DNA of 64,000 nt from a virus: IMG/VR virus record IMGVR_UViG_3300005096_000137, positions 1 to 64,000 of that record. The stretch is one strand, 5' to 3'. This document shows, piece after piece, positions 41,474 through 50,955 of the stretch. Each line of letters starts with the position of its first letter. Position 1 is the first letter of the stretch. The translations under genes and the position numbers were made by a program. The notes under the pieces are model-generated. The model made no database searches, was not told where the DNA came from, and was given only the letters and a program-made list of their open reading frames with translations.

Positions 41474-41756
41474 ATCCTTCTATGCTGAATTAGCAGACGC
41501 TTTGGAATCAGTGATTGATGCTGGGGACCTGGACTATGTGGGTATCCTGGGGCTCCTTACGCTCGTCCAACATCATTGTCTCCACGTAAATGACACCCAG
41601 CTCCCTATCATGGATGAGGTCGCGGATCTATTTTCCGTAACGGTTGGGAGGCTACAATTTGAACACAAGGTCACCCAGAGCCAGGTCGTCGGGGCTTTGA
41701 CGCTGTTGAAAGCCCAAACGGCTGAGATTGGCATGAGTGTCTGGGGACAGCAATGA
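41457..41756 (+). CDS. IGAL-repeat family protein
   Basis: ILGLLT and QVVGALT. Confidence 0.65.
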   Translation: MATPIKSFYAELADALESVIDAGDLDYVGILGLLTLVQHHCLHVNDTQLPIMDEVADLFSVTVGRLQFEHKVTQSQVVGALTLLKAQTAEIGMSVWGQQ

Positions 41757-42625
41757 ACAAACCACAAATGACTAAGGAACAACTCCTCAAGGCTCTGAGC
41801 GGCGTTTCTAAGCTCGTTGAGTGTTCACCCTGGTGGGAGAAGAATATGCTTGAAGAAGCGTCCAAATCGACCTGTGACGAGCCCAGACGACCAGTTCCTC
41901 GCGGCACCCTCAAGGCAGAACGAGTCCCTGAGGTGAATGCAGCCCAAGACGGGCTTCTCAAGAAGTTGGAGAAGGTCGCGGAGTTAGTGGCAAAGCGACC
42001 CCTGTGGCAGAGGGGTCTCCTTGACGACTGCAATAAAGCGACGTATGATAGACCTGTGGACTATGGTCCCGATGAGTGGCTGACCCTCTACAAAGACCTG
42101 GTCTCTGCCCACGGGTGGGGTTCAGAACAGGCTGAAGAGTTCAAGGCAAACTATTCTGGGAATGATAGGTTCAGTCACATGGTTGGAGAATTTGAGAAGG
42201 CTGAGCGTGGCAGTGTCCCTAAGTCAGATGAGCATGGACCCACTGAGTGGCTGATTATCTACAAGGCCTTCGTCTTTTCGTATGGTCTGGGTTCCGAGAC
42301 GGCTGAGATTTACAAAGGTACCCACTCAGACAATGATTGCTTCAACTACATGGTAGGACTCTTTGACCAGGCTGAGCGGGGCGAACTTGATGAGCCAGAT
42401 GATCAATGTGATGGATTGGATGAACCTGAACCTGAGCCTCCTAAACCAGGTGAGGCCCAACCCATTATCCTGACTTATGCGAAGCTGATTCATGACTATG
42501 GGTACAGGTCCCCTCAAGCTGAGAACTTCCGTATCCACTACGAGGATGATGCAACCTTTCTTCATCAGGCACAGACACTTGAATTCCACATGATGGACTC
42601 CCCTAGAACAAGGTATTCGGAATGA
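41753..42625 (+). CDS. Y-x6-G-x2-S-x2-A-x2-F repeat protein (3 repeats)
   Basis: Internal repeats; ATGA coupling. Confidence 0.75.
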   Translation: MNKPQMTKEQLLKALSGVSKLVECSPWWEKNMLEEASKSTCDEPRRPVPRGTLKAERVPEVNAAQDGLLKKLEKVAELVAKRPLWQRGLLDDCNKATYDRPVDYGPDEWLTLYKDLVSAHGWGSEQAEEFKANYSGNDRFSHMVGEFEKAERGSVPKSDEHGPTEWLIIYKAFVFSYGLGSETAEIYKGTHSDNDCFNYMVGLFDQAERGELDEPDDQCDGLDEPEPEPPKPGEAQPIILTYAKLIHDYGYRSPQAENFRIHYEDDATFLHQAQTLEFHMMDSPRTRYSE

Positions 42626-43374
42626 CATCTGAACCAATGACAGACATGGAACGGTTCACGAAGTACCAGGAGCTGGTCAATGAATTTGGCTTTGAGTCAA
42701 ATCAGGCTAAGGAGTTCAAGCACCAACACCCCGGGGGTAGCTTCCAGGAATTGGTGGTATACTTTGATACTGCCTATGGGGTCAACCTGACGCTATTGTC
42801 CGAGTATAAAGATTGGGTGACTAGGTTTGGAATGTTCTCGGATGGTGCCAAGGGGTTCAGAGCCTGCCATATTAGCAACCGCGCACTGGGTGACATGATG
42901 GCTTGCTTCGATGACAAGAATAGGGCTGATCTTTGGAAGTCTCAATACCAGTCCCTCGAACATCAGCAGAAGGGCGACCTTGTTACCTACACCCAGATGA
43001 TCCAACAACATGGTGTTGATTCAACGGCGGCATACGGGATCCGGTTCCTCTACCCAGATGATCACGAATTCCACAACCTCTGTCAGCAACTAGATGACCA
43101 GCACAACAAGTCCCGGGAATTGGTTAAAGCGGTGTGCGAGGACCCGTTCGCGGGCGACGAACCTTCTGAGGATACCGAACCTTCTGAGGATACCGAACCT
43201 TCTGAGGATGACCAGCCCCTAATCCTGGAGTACGCCAACCTCCTCTATGAACATGGGTTTCAGTCCTATTATGCTGAGGCGTTCTACAAGGAACATGCGG
43301 ACGACACTCTGTCCGGCCACGTATTTGAACACCAGGCTGCGGCGATTGAATTCTACGCGGGGTTTCGACGATGA
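42622..43374 (+). CDS. Same repeat family (4 repeats)
   Basis: Internal repeats. Confidence 0.75.
   Translation: MTSEPMTDMERFTKYQELVNEFGFESNQAKEFKHQHPGGSFQELVVYFDTAYGVNLTLLSEYKDWVTRFGMFSDGAKGFRACHISNRALGDMMACFDDKNRADLWKSQYQSLEHQQKGDLVTYTQMIQQHGVDSTAAYGIRFLYPDDHEFHNLCQQLDDQHNKSRELVKAVCEDPFAGDEPSEDTEPSEDTEPSEDDQPLILEYANLLYEHGFQSYYAEAFYKEHADDTLSGHVFEHQAAAIEFYAGFRR
43159..43209 (+). repeat. 18-bp tandem repeat, about 3 copies (EPSEDT)
   Basis: GAACCTTCTGAGGATACC units. Confidence 0.9.
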
Positions 43375-44030
43375 GTAAGGTCATGCTATTTTCACTGTTA
43401 TTCCGGAAACTACCCTCAGCCCCCACGTCAGCCCGGGCACTCTTGGCTGCTTCCATGTTGGATATCCCACCCACTGACTTACTGTTTGAGAAATACTGTG
43501 ATTTATTGATTCGTAAGCGTGGGCACACCCCTAACGCTGCCCAGTCCTTCAAAGAGCAGCACTCGGATAACGCTGACTTCATGCAACGGGTAACCCAGTC
43601 TGAACTAAACGAACTCCAACGTATCAAGCGGGTAAAAGATGACTATGTGAAGACTCAGCAAGCCGCTCGTCAAGCAGAACAGTTGGCGGCATACTCCCTC
43701 GCTCTGAAGAGGGGTGTGGGTTCCAAAGAAGCGGCTTGGTTCCGGGATTCCCATCGGGACGACCTTGACTTTCAGAAAGAGTGTGCTAGACTTGAGCATT
43801 GGGATGTCGAAAGAGTGCATGCCCTCCAGGTGGAGGCCCAGGTTATCGAGGACGCACAGAACCGACCCTTAATACTGGTGTATGCCACCCTCCTATACGA
43901 GCATGGCGCCCAGTCACAGAAAGTCCAGTACTTTCGCAACCAACACAAAGACAACGAAGCTTTCATGTTCCAGGCAGGAATACTTGAGGGGTTCAACGAC
44001 AACCCTGAAACAACACGGATAGGCGTCTGA
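43371..44030 (+). CDS. Same repeat family (3 repeats)
   Basis: Internal repeats. Confidence 0.7.
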   Translation: MSKVMLFSLLFRKLPSAPTSARALLAASMLDIPPTDLLFEKYCDLLIRKRGHTPNAAQSFKEQHSDNADFMQRVTQSELNELQRIKRVKDDYVKTQQAARQAEQLAAYSLALKRGVGSKEAAWFRDSHRDDLDFQKECARLEHWDVERVHALQVEAQVIEDAQNRPLILVYATLLYEHGAQSQKVQYFRNQHKDNEAFMFQAGILEGFNDNPETTRIGV

Positions 44031-44638
44031 TGAACTGGAAAGCTGTAACCAGGTATGAAGGAATCTATGAGGTGAGTGAATGTGGTTGCGTTCGCTCGTT
44101 GGACCGGCAAATCTTCCCAAAGGCAGGCCCAACTTACTGGCTCAAAGGTGTGGTGCATAAACAATGTAAGAATCGGCGTGGTTATTTCAAGCTGAGTCTA
44201 TTCAAGAACAACAAAGAGAAGACCTTCGAGACCCACCGGTTGGTGATGATGGCGTTTGTTGGACCATGTCCTGAGGGTATGGAGATCCGACACCTGGACG
44301 GGACTCGGGACAACAACCATGTGGATAACCTGACATATGGGACATTGAGCGAGAACCAGCAGGACCGGAAGACACACGGCACAGCTTGCCTCGGAGAGAA
44401 CAGCCCAGTGAGTAAACTCACGGATGTACAATGCCATGAGATAGTTGACCAGTATGCCACTGGCAAGTATACTATGAGGGAAGTGGGCACCCAGTTTGGT
44501 GTGACTGCCGGTAACGTGTGTCGGGTTGTTAATGGACAGCGGGGTCTCGTTGATGGTACTCGTGTACCTGAGAAGAGAATTGCATTCAGACGGAGTGGGC
44601 AGAAAGGTGCCAACAATGGCCAAGTTAAATCGAGCTGA
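44030..44638 (+). CDS. NUMOD4-HNH homing endonuclease
   Basis: WK....YEG.YEVS..G.VRS; HRLV..AF.G, HLDG...NN...NL. Confidence 0.93.
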   Translation: MNWKAVTRYEGIYEVSECGCVRSLDRQIFPKAGPTYWLKGVVHKQCKNRRGYFKLSLFKNNKEKTFETHRLVMMAFVGPCPEGMEIRHLDGTRDNNHVDNLTYGTLSENQQDRKTHGTACLGENSPVSKLTDVQCHEIVDQYATGKYTMREVGTQFGVTAGNVCRVVNGQRGLVDGTRVPEKRIAFRRSGQKGANNGQVKSS

Positions 44639-44990
44639 TGTCAAGTTTGACACCATGCGGGGATCCGGACCCGGTGGACAGCACAGAAATCGTACTGATT
44701 CGTGTGTACGTGCCACCCATAAGCCTACTGGTATCTCAGTCACAATTGACGGGAGAAGTCAGGGAAAGAACAAGGCACTTGCCCTCAAGGAGCTTCAGAA
44801 GCGTCTCGACGAACGGGAAAACGACGCCAAAGAGCAAGCCAAGAAAGCAACCAGAGACAAGCGTATCAAGGAAGAAAGAGTTATCAAGACCTACAGTTTT
44901 GTACGCGGAGTTGTGACGGATCATCGAACCGGCAAGGTCGCCTCCCTGAAAGATGTCCTTACTAAGGGTAAGATTGAGAAGCTACGATGA
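44616..44990 (+). CDS. Peptide chain release factor-like GGQ protein (no codon-recognition domain)
   Basis: RGSGPGGQH.N.TDS.VR..H.PTGI, RSQ..NK..A, IKTY.F...VTDHRTG. Confidence 0.9.
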   Translation: MAKLNRADVKFDTMRGSGPGGQHRNRTDSCVRATHKPTGISVTIDGRSQGKNKALALKELQKRLDERENDAKEQAKKATRDKRIKEERVIKTYSFVRGVVTDHRTGKVASLKDVLTKGKIEKLR

Positions 44991-45035
44991 GTGCAGTTGA
45001 TATTCGTTATCTCGACCCAATAAGGAACACCTCCA

Positions 45036-45266
45036 TTGAGTGATAACCCTTCCGACCTGCTGTGGATTCGGACAGACGAGTTCAGTCCTCACTTGACAGT
45101 GGAGCAACTCCGGCGTACACTTGAGGGCTTAGACCCTAAAACACCTATCCTCATTGGAGTGCTTGGTGCCTTTGGGTTTATCGAAGACATAAGTATAGCT
45201 ACTCCCGCCCTAGGGGGTACCTACCCATCTGAGCCAACCCTTGTAATCTCTATGGACCAGCTATGA
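45036..45266 (+). CDS. V.EL..L mini-protein family
   Basis: LTVEQLRRTLEGLDP. Confidence 0.65.
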   Translation: MSDNPSDLLWIRTDEFSPHLTVEQLRRTLEGLDPKTPILIGVLGAFGFIEDISIATPALGGTYPSEPTLVISMDQL

Positions 45267-45505
45267 CCGAACCACCCTACGACTTATGGCAACAATGTCA
45301 CAGTCAGACACCCCGCTTGACTGTCGGAGTCCTTCAAGCTATACTAGAAGGTAAGGACCCAGAGATGCCCATTCGCGTAGGTCCAGAGGGTACCGAGGGA
45401 GACGTTGAGAACGTCTGCATTGATACTCCTGACCCTTTGTGGCCATATACCCGCGAACCCACAATCATGATTTCATGTCCCAGAACTTACCCGGATAGCT
45501 ACTAA
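45263..45505 (+). CDS. V.EL..L mini-protein family
   Basis: LTVGVLQAILEGKDP; paralog of previous gene. Confidence 0.65.
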   Translation: MTEPPYDLWQQCHSQTPRLTVGVLQAILEGKDPEMPIRVGPEGTEGDVENVCIDTPDPLWPYTREPTIMISCPRTYPDSY

Positions 45506-45506
45506 A

Positions 45507-45788
45507 ATGAATACTGCTCAGAGAAACGAAACAGGTAACCTCATGTCACCCCTGGAAAATGTACCCATCTTCACAGATGCTGTGTGGCTGGGGTCCTCCT
45601 GTCTCCACGACAACCTGTACGAGGTCTTCCGAGTTACCACCACTCAAGAGGATCGACTCCGACTCAATGCCGGAGAACTCGTGGTTCTCAATCAGCGCCA
45701 GTACGTCCTCCAAGGGTCATTGTTATCGCCAGAGTCCTACAAGACTGATGACCTACTCTTTGTTCAAAACCTCGGAGTCCCATCCTAA
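45507..45788 (+). CDS. Hypothetical protein (N.RQY..LFV family)
   Basis: Similar to 45788 and 49688. Confidence 0.6.
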   Translation: MNTAQRNETGNLMSPLENVPIFTDAVWLGSSCLHDNLYEVFRVTTTQEDRLRLNAGELVVLNQRQYVLQGSLLSPESYKTDDLLFVQNLGVPS

Positions 45789-46048
45789 TGAATCAATCTT
45801 GGTGCGACCCCACCTCAACCCCATCTAAATTCACAGAGGCAGAATTCCTGTGCGAGATTGTGCTGGAGAGCAAGGTGTATTTGGTGTTCCAAGTCCTCTC
45901 AGGTCACGGCAGAATTCAAGGACTCCACCGCGAGACCGTCATCATTATCAATGATCGGAAGTACACCTTCAAGGACTCCCTTGACCTAGGTCCGACTAAG
46001 CCTGGGTCTTCCGACCATGAATACCAATTGTTTGTCCAGCCTGCTTAG
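45788..46048 (+). CDS. Hypothetical protein (N.RKY..LFV family)
   Basis: Paralog motif. Confidence 0.6.
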   Translation: MNQSWCDPTSTPSKFTEAEFLCEIVLESKVYLVFQVLSGHGRIQGLHRETVIIINDRKYTFKDSLDLGPTKPGSSDHEYQLFVQPA

Positions 46049-46056
46049 GCCACATA

Positions 46057-46218
46057 ATGAAAGTCCACGAACTCCGTGCCCTACTCAACGACTGGGCTGA
46101 TGATGCTCTCATCGAAATTGTCGACGAATGCGGACAAATCCATTCAATCGCTGATGTGTACGAAGGGTATACACCTCAGGGTGTTACCCGGTACTTAATC
46201 GATATGGATCCACAATGA
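46057..46218 (+). CDS. V.EL..L mini-protein
   Basis: MKVHELRALL; below ORF-track cutoff. Confidence 0.6.
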   Translation: MKVHELRALLNDWADDALIEIVDECGQIHSIADVYEGYTPQGVTRYLIDMDPQ

Positions 46219-46625
46219 CTGACTACACCCCTGTACAATACGAACTGGTCTGGGACAACCCCAACTATGAACCTGTGTCTGTGGACACCTTGCAGGCTGC
46301 CCTGAGCACATGTGACCCCAGTTCTCTGGTTGGCTTTGACGCAGGGGGTAACTACGCCTCAATCATCCAGAACATCTACACCATAAAAGATGTGGTGGTT
46401 ATCGAGCCACTACTCCTGTACACCGACCAGTGTGCCTGGGCCAAGGAATGCTCTCGCCTTTGGACCAACGAGGTTCGGAAGGTTCTGACTGTTGACGAGC
46501 TTCAAGGGTTGCTGAGCCTGTATCCCTACAACAATCAAGTGTCCACAAACCCCAACGATAGCAATGGTCGCCCAATGGGGATTTACCAGCGTCCAGGTTT
46601 CACTTTCATTAAGGTGGTTCGATGA
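46215..46625 (+). CDS. V.EL..L family, two domains
   Basis: SVDTLQAAL and TVDELQGLL. Confidence 0.6.
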   Translation: MTDYTPVQYELVWDNPNYEPVSVDTLQAALSTCDPSSLVGFDAGGNYASIIQNIYTIKDVVVIEPLLLYTDQCAWAKECSRLWTNEVRKVLTVDELQGLLSLYPYNNQVSTNPNDSNGRPMGIYQRPGFTFIKVVR

Positions 46626-46816
46626 CAGTCATTTGGCACGAGGACGAGGATACTGAGATTTGGGGTGGTCTCACGGTGGGCGAACTCCAAGGGCTCCTAC
46701 ATGGTCGCCCCTCCAATACCATTGTCCGTATTGGGTTTGAGGGTACTAAATACCCTGTCACCCTGGTTGATGAAGAGTCAGCAGGGTCTATCACATTGGA
46801 AAGGTTCGACGCTTGA
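46622..46816 (+). CDS. V.EL..L mini-protein
   Basis: LTVGELQGLL. Confidence 0.65.
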   Translation: MTVIWHEDEDTEIWGGLTVGELQGLLHGRPSNTIVRIGFEGTKYPVTLVDEESAGSITLERFDA

Positions 46817-46974
46817 ACATCCGCGAATTGCGAAAAGTCCTAGACACATTCGACGATTTGGACGCCATCCAGGTTTATGACCGCAATGGCTGTTTGGTTG
46901 ATATTACGGAGCACTACCAAGATCGGGAGCCAGATGGTTCCAGGACTTGTGTGCTCATACCAGGCGGTAACTAA
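46813..46974 (+). CDS. V.EL..L mini-protein
   Basis: TTG start, NIRELRKVL. Confidence 0.55.
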   Translation: MNIRELRKVLDTFDDLDAIQVYDRNGCLVDITEHYQDREPDGSRTCVLIPGGN

Positions 46975-47163
46975 CGACACCCCTCTGGGCGGCGATAACA
47001 CCAGGAACCCAACTTACGGTGGGTGGGCTCAGGGGAAATCCTTGAGTATGCTAAGGACGACGAGGTTGTGGAGATTCTCTATGAGACCCACGCACGTCGC
47101 GATGTGCTCAATGTTACACGAGAACCCAAGACAGGAAAGCTTGTTTTGGAGGCACATGACTGA
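46974..47163 (+). pseudogene. Frameshifted V.EL..L family member
   Basis: ACG in place of ATG; LTVGGLR continues as EILEYAKDDEVVEI only in the +1 frame at GGGG 47032-47035. Confidence 0.55.
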
Positions 47164-47224
47164 TGAGTGCCTCTGAAAACACCAACCGTTTCTGGGTCAA
47201 GATTATAGTAATAAGTGCCACCAG

Positions 47225-47509
47225 GTGGGCAATGGACGTAACGTCTCAACAACCAACCAGTGGGCTCGCCGTAAGGTCAACCGAAAACGCCGCAAACATC
47301 TAGCCGATGATTTGGAAGCACAACTCAGGGAGGAAGAGAATGAAGAACGTGGAACACACCGGTCAATTCACCGTGCATGGACAGAACAGTGTGAAGTGCA
47401 TCGGCCTGGGGAACAACCGGAAATCCTCAGTCATCAACGCAAAGGTAAGGCAGGACTCGAACACAAAGAGACGGCAGTATCTCAAGAAAGACCTGGAGAA
47501 GCAAATTGA
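47225..47509 (+). CDS. Possible basic hypothetical protein
   Basis: ARRKVNRKRRK; overlaps another ORF, boundaries uncertain. Confidence 0.35.
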   Translation: MGNGRNVSTTNQWARRKVNRKRRKHLADDLEAQLREEENEERGTHRSIHRAWTEQCEVHRPGEQPEILSHQRKGKAGLEHKETAVSQERPGEAN

Positions 47510-47563
47510 CGATACGCCGGTAGAAACGCCGGTAGAAACCAGGTGATGAAGAGGGGCAGCTAG

Positions 47564-47707
47564 ATGAACATTGGTGAATTGAAACAGATGATTGATGGGC
47601 TCCCCAATGACATGCCCTTGATTGTCGTGAATGATAACTATGCGTTCGGTTGTATCGAAGATGTTGGTGTGGACCTCCCCAATTGGGGGAAATGTTGTGG
47701 CAATTGA
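47564..47707 (+). CDS. V.EL..L mini-protein
   Basis: GAGG RBS; MNIGELKQMIDGLP.DM. Confidence 0.6.
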   Translation: MNIGELKQMIDGLPNDMPLIVVNDNYAFGCIEDVGVDLPNWGKCCGN

Positions 47708-47748
47708 CGTTTTGCATTTGGACGATATTTACCTGGAGACCCCACTTG

Positions 47749-48306
47749 ATGATACGACTCTACTATGACACTTCGGCTCAGCGAACCATTGCGGTGAAAG
47801 GTTCTCACCGACTCAAGATTCGCGATACCTCGCCAAGGTGTTACCCCGTGGTTGCTGAATACTTAAAGTGTCTGAGTGCCCACCTCGATAAAGTTGTGGT
47901 TTCCCCACTGGATCACTTTGCCCCTCAAGGTTTGAATCTCCCGGCACATGGGCAATGTGACCCCTGGGATGCTGTTGGTCGGGTGGGATATACACTTGAG
48001 CGACTACAGCGATTGCAACGGGACCCCAAGATGTGTCTGAGTTGGTGGGAAGGAGATTCCGATGCCTGCAAATCTTACTTCCACCTACTACAGGGTAGCC
48101 TCCTAAGATTTGACCCCGAGGAGAAACATCGGGCCCAGTGCATCGGTGGTCCCTATGCAGGAGATGTTCACGGAATACGGATTGCCGATCATCGACATGT
48201 ACTTGACTGCAATCACGACATCCCGGCGTGTGTTTATGAGGGTCGTTCGGTTGACGGCAACACCCCCGAGAAGATTTACTTCGTCCGTGAAATAAACTCA
48301 CGCTGA
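47749..48306 (+). CDS. Hypothetical protein
   Basis: GGAG RBS; CIGGP..G C-terminal motif. Confidence 0.55.
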   Translation: MIRLYYDTSAQRTIAVKGSHRLKIRDTSPRCYPVVAEYLKCLSAHLDKVVVSPLDHFAPQGLNLPAHGQCDPWDAVGRVGYTLERLQRLQRDPKMCLSWWEGDSDACKSYFHLLQGSLLRFDPEEKHRAQCIGGPYAGDVHGIRIADHRHVLDCNHDIPACVYEGRSVDGNTPEKIYFVREINSR

Positions 48307-48327
48307 CGCCTATTTTGAGAATTCCAC

Positions 48328-48355
48328 TTGACCAATCACGTTTTGGAGGTATACT
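48328..48355 (+). promoter_or_regulatory. sigma70-like promoter
   Basis: TTGACC-16-TATACT. Confidence 0.55.
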
Positions 48356-48357
48356 TA

Positions 48358-48519
48358 ATGCAGAAGACACTTGGAGACTTGAAGCGGGACTTGGCAAAGA
48401 TATCGGAGAAGTTCTCGGATAATGCCCTGGTGGAACTACTGTGTCCCGAGGATAAGTCAGTGGGTCACTTGACCGACGTATTTGAACAATTCGGAATCAT
48501 CTTCCTGGAATCAAAATGA
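48358..48519 (+). CDS. V.EL..L mini-protein
   Basis: GGAGG RBS; TLGDLKRDL. Confidence 0.6.
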   Translation: MQKTLGDLKRDLAKISEKFSDNALVELLCPEDKSVGHLTDVFEQFGIIFLESK

Positions 48520-48992
48520 GTGACACCCCGTACATCAGTGGATTCGAGTTTAACAACACACCAGAGCAAGCCCGCGAATTGGTAGCTCAAGCACTGGAGT
48601 CTGGGGACTATGTGCAGGGTTATGGGTACCTCGAACTTCAAGTAGACGGGGGTTGCACAAACTGTTGCCTCGGGGTGGCATGTCGGGAATTTATCAAACA
48701 CGAGAACGATGTCCACGCTATACCGGCTGAGTTGTTTCATGATGGGACAACATCCTTTGATGGGGAACGGAGTAAACTCCCGTACTATATCCAGGGGTGG
48801 TTGGGCTTTAATGATTCGAGTGGCTCCTATGACGGGGGCTGCCTAACAGAAGACAACGACGGGGATCTAACCCCCAATCCCGTTAAACGTAGTGAGGACC
48901 ATGCACGTGAAGCTTGGCTGTATTCTGGTGATAAGACGTTTACTGGAATCGCCAACCTATTCCGTAACCCACCAAAGGGACTGCTGGAATGA
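48516..48992 (+). CDS. Conserved phage protein (AL.SG.Y.QG..CCLGVAC), copy 1
   Basis: Motif; tandem paralog. Confidence 0.75.
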   Translation: MSDTPYISGFEFNNTPEQARELVAQALESGDYVQGYGYLELQVDGGCTNCCLGVACREFIKHENDVHAIPAELFHDGTTSFDGERSKLPYYIQGWLGFNDSSGSYDGGCLTEDNDGDLTPNPVKRSEDHAREAWLYSGDKTFTGIANLFRNPPKGLLE

Positions 48993-49426
48993 TCAACACA
49001 CCAGAGCAAGCCCGAGAATTGGTTGCCCAAGCCCTGGAGTCGGGTGAGTACACTCAGGGTTATGGTCAGTTGGAACGAAACACACCTGAAGGTTGTACGA
49101 ACTGCTGCCTTGGTGTAGCATGTCGGCAATTTGAAAAGCACGAAGGTACTGTCTACGCATACAGGGAAGAGGACGACGCCAATACATGTTTTGAGAAGGA
49201 AGTAACCAAGCTCCCATATCGCGTGCAGCAATGGTTGGGTTTTTCAAACGCTAGCGGTGGTTATGACACAGGTTACCTAACTGAAGACAATGATGGCGAT
49301 GTCGTCAGGAACCCGGACAAGGGTCTCAAGTTGGACGAGAATAACCAACTTGTGTATGCCGGCGGTAAGTCATTCACTGAAATTGCCGAACTCTTCCGTA
49401 ACCCTCCCGAAGGATTACTCGAATGA
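48989..49426 (+). CDS. Same family, copy 2
   Basis: NTPEQARELVAQALESG identical to copy 1. Confidence 0.75.
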   Translation: MINTPEQARELVAQALESGEYTQGYGQLERNTPEGCTNCCLGVACRQFEKHEGTVYAYREEDDANTCFEKEVTKLPYRVQQWLGFSNASGGYDTGYLTEDNDGDVVRNPDKGLKLDENNQLVYAGGKSFTEIAELFRNPPEGLLE

Positions 49427-49695
49427 GACGACCCAGAGTATGTGATATAACGATCCAGGTCCTAAAGGACACAGGGAACGAAGCGGTCATGTACGGCGAC
49501 GAAGGTCTCATGCACTTGATTGCCATGGAACTCCACTGGAAGATTCCCAGTGATATCCCAGGCTGGGACAAACTGTATCAGCGTCTCCTGAACGCCCTCA
49601 CAAAGACACCAGGTGATTTGATACACAAGTTCACACAAAATGGGCGTGGACGGTTGGTGCGGATATTCCGTTTACCGGAGGAAGACAGTGCTTGA
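49423..49695 (+). CDS. Hypothetical protein
   Basis: ATGA coupling. Confidence 0.6.
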   Translation: MRRPRVCDITIQVLKDTGNEAVMYGDEGLMHLIAMELHWKIPSDIPGWDKLYQRLLNALTKTPGDLIHKFTQNGRGRLVRIFRLPEEDSA

Positions 49696-50311
49696 ATTCA
49701 AAGGCAAAGCGTATCGACCCGAGTGTCCCTTCCACATGTGTGGCGAGGATACTTCACTGTTCAAGGTTCAGATTACAGCGGAACCACCCTGGGTGTTGGT
49801 GAGTGGCGACCCCGTCATGGTCAATGATTACCAATACACCATCATCGATTGGCTACCCATCGACCGGTCAAAGAACGAATACTATCTCTTCGTGAGCGGT
49901 GAGAGTTTTCTGCAATTCGCTCAGAAGTATGTGGACGGGTATCTGAATGCTGAGCTACCCTGTCTGAATACAGTCATGGACTGGATGACAGATGCACCAG
50001 TTGATTATTACACCTACGAGTGTGAAGTGGATGACAGGGTTGCAAACTGGGAGGTACTAATGGAGGACACTCTCCGCTTTTCACTCAGGGAGCTGATGCA
50101 GGATTTGATTGCGTATCATCGCCAGATTGTGTTCGCCTGCACAAATCCTCGCAGCGATGGGGCATACCGACTCCGGCTGACCTGTGACTTACCAATTGCG
50201 TACAGTGTTCGTCCCACCGACGAACCGCATGTGTACGACCACATTATTGAAGTTGCCATCGTGGCAGACCCAGGTAAGAAATGCTCACGACCAGACTGGA
50301 TCGCGGAATGA
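49688..50311 (+). CDS. Hypothetical protein (N.YQY..LFV domain)
   Basis: GGAGG RBS, GTG start. Confidence 0.6.
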   Translation: MLEFKGKAYRPECPFHMCGEDTSLFKVQITAEPPWVLVSGDPVMVNDYQYTIIDWLPIDRSKNEYYLFVSGESFLQFAQKYVDGYLNAELPCLNTVMDWMTDAPVDYYTYECEVDDRVANWEVLMEDTLRFSLRELMQDLIAYHRQIVFACTNPRSDGAYRLRLTCDLPIAYSVRPTDEPHVYDHIIEVAIVADPGKKCSRPDWIAE

Positions 50312-50454
50312 ACGTCTTTGATTTACGAGACATAGTACAGGCAGCCATTGACAGCGGTCAAGGGCTCGCCGAGGTTACCATGTGGGTCAACGGTAGAGAC
50401 AGCCCTATCATGAGTACTGACCTAACTGAGGGTGAGTTGAGTCTCGAAGAATAA
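50308..50454 (+). CDS. Mini-protein (MNVFDLRD)
   Basis: 48 aa; near-duplicate of next gene. Confidence 0.65.
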   Translation: MNVFDLRDIVQAAIDSGQGLAEVTMWVNGRDSPIMSTDLTEGELSLEE

Positions 50455-50469
50455 TGATTGGAGCGCAGA

Positions 50470-50616
50470 ATGAACGTCTTTGCTTTACGAGACCGGTTAC
50501 AGGCAGCCATTGACAGCGGTCATGGAGACTGTGAGGTTATAATGTCTGTTCCAGGTGATGAAATACCGGCTAGGGACACTGAAATCATAGATGGTGAATT
50601 CGTCATCGAAGACTGA
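50470..50616 (+). CDS. Mini-protein (MNVFALRD)
   Basis: GGAG RBS; 48 aa. Confidence 0.65.
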   Translation: MNVFALRDRLQAAIDSGHGDCEVIMSVPGDEIPARDTEIIDGEFVIED

Positions 50617-50628
50617 GGTTAGGAATAC

Positions 50629-50777
50629 ATGACGTTAAACGAATTGCTGACTGTGGTGGGAGATGCTGTTGCCGTCCTGGATGAAACCACCAGCTCAAAG
50701 ACCTGGAGGGCCCGTACATAACGGACGTCACCCAGGGTGCCAGCGAATGTATTATCTTTGTTGACGACGTTTATTAG
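50629..50777 (+). pseudogene. Frame-broken mini-protein (MTLNELL)
   Basis: Family-like C-terminus ITDV..IIFV lies in the -1 frame. Confidence 0.4.
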
Positions 50778-50786
50778 GAGTGAACC

Positions 50787-50945
50787 ATGATTGTAGACGA
50801 ATTGATTGCTCATCTTGAGCGACTGTCGGACGATGGTTTCGGACGCCATGAAGCTCAGGTCGAGGGACATGTCGGCGAACTCAGTGACATTGAGAGCGTC
50901 GAAGTTTGCGATGATGAAGTATTCATTATCACTGACCACTTGTAA
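50787..50945 (+). CDS. Mini-protein (MIVDELIAHL)
   Basis: AGGAG RBS; family motif. Confidence 0.7.
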   Translation: MIVDELIAHLERLSDDGFGRHEAQVEGHVGELSDIESVEVCDDEVFIITDHL

Positions 50946-50955
50946 GGAGAGACGA

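Noticed and set aside
47693-47707. Second selenoprotein (C-G-N-TGA)
   Set aside because: No redox fold context, another stop follows soon, and the ORF belongs to the mini-protein family
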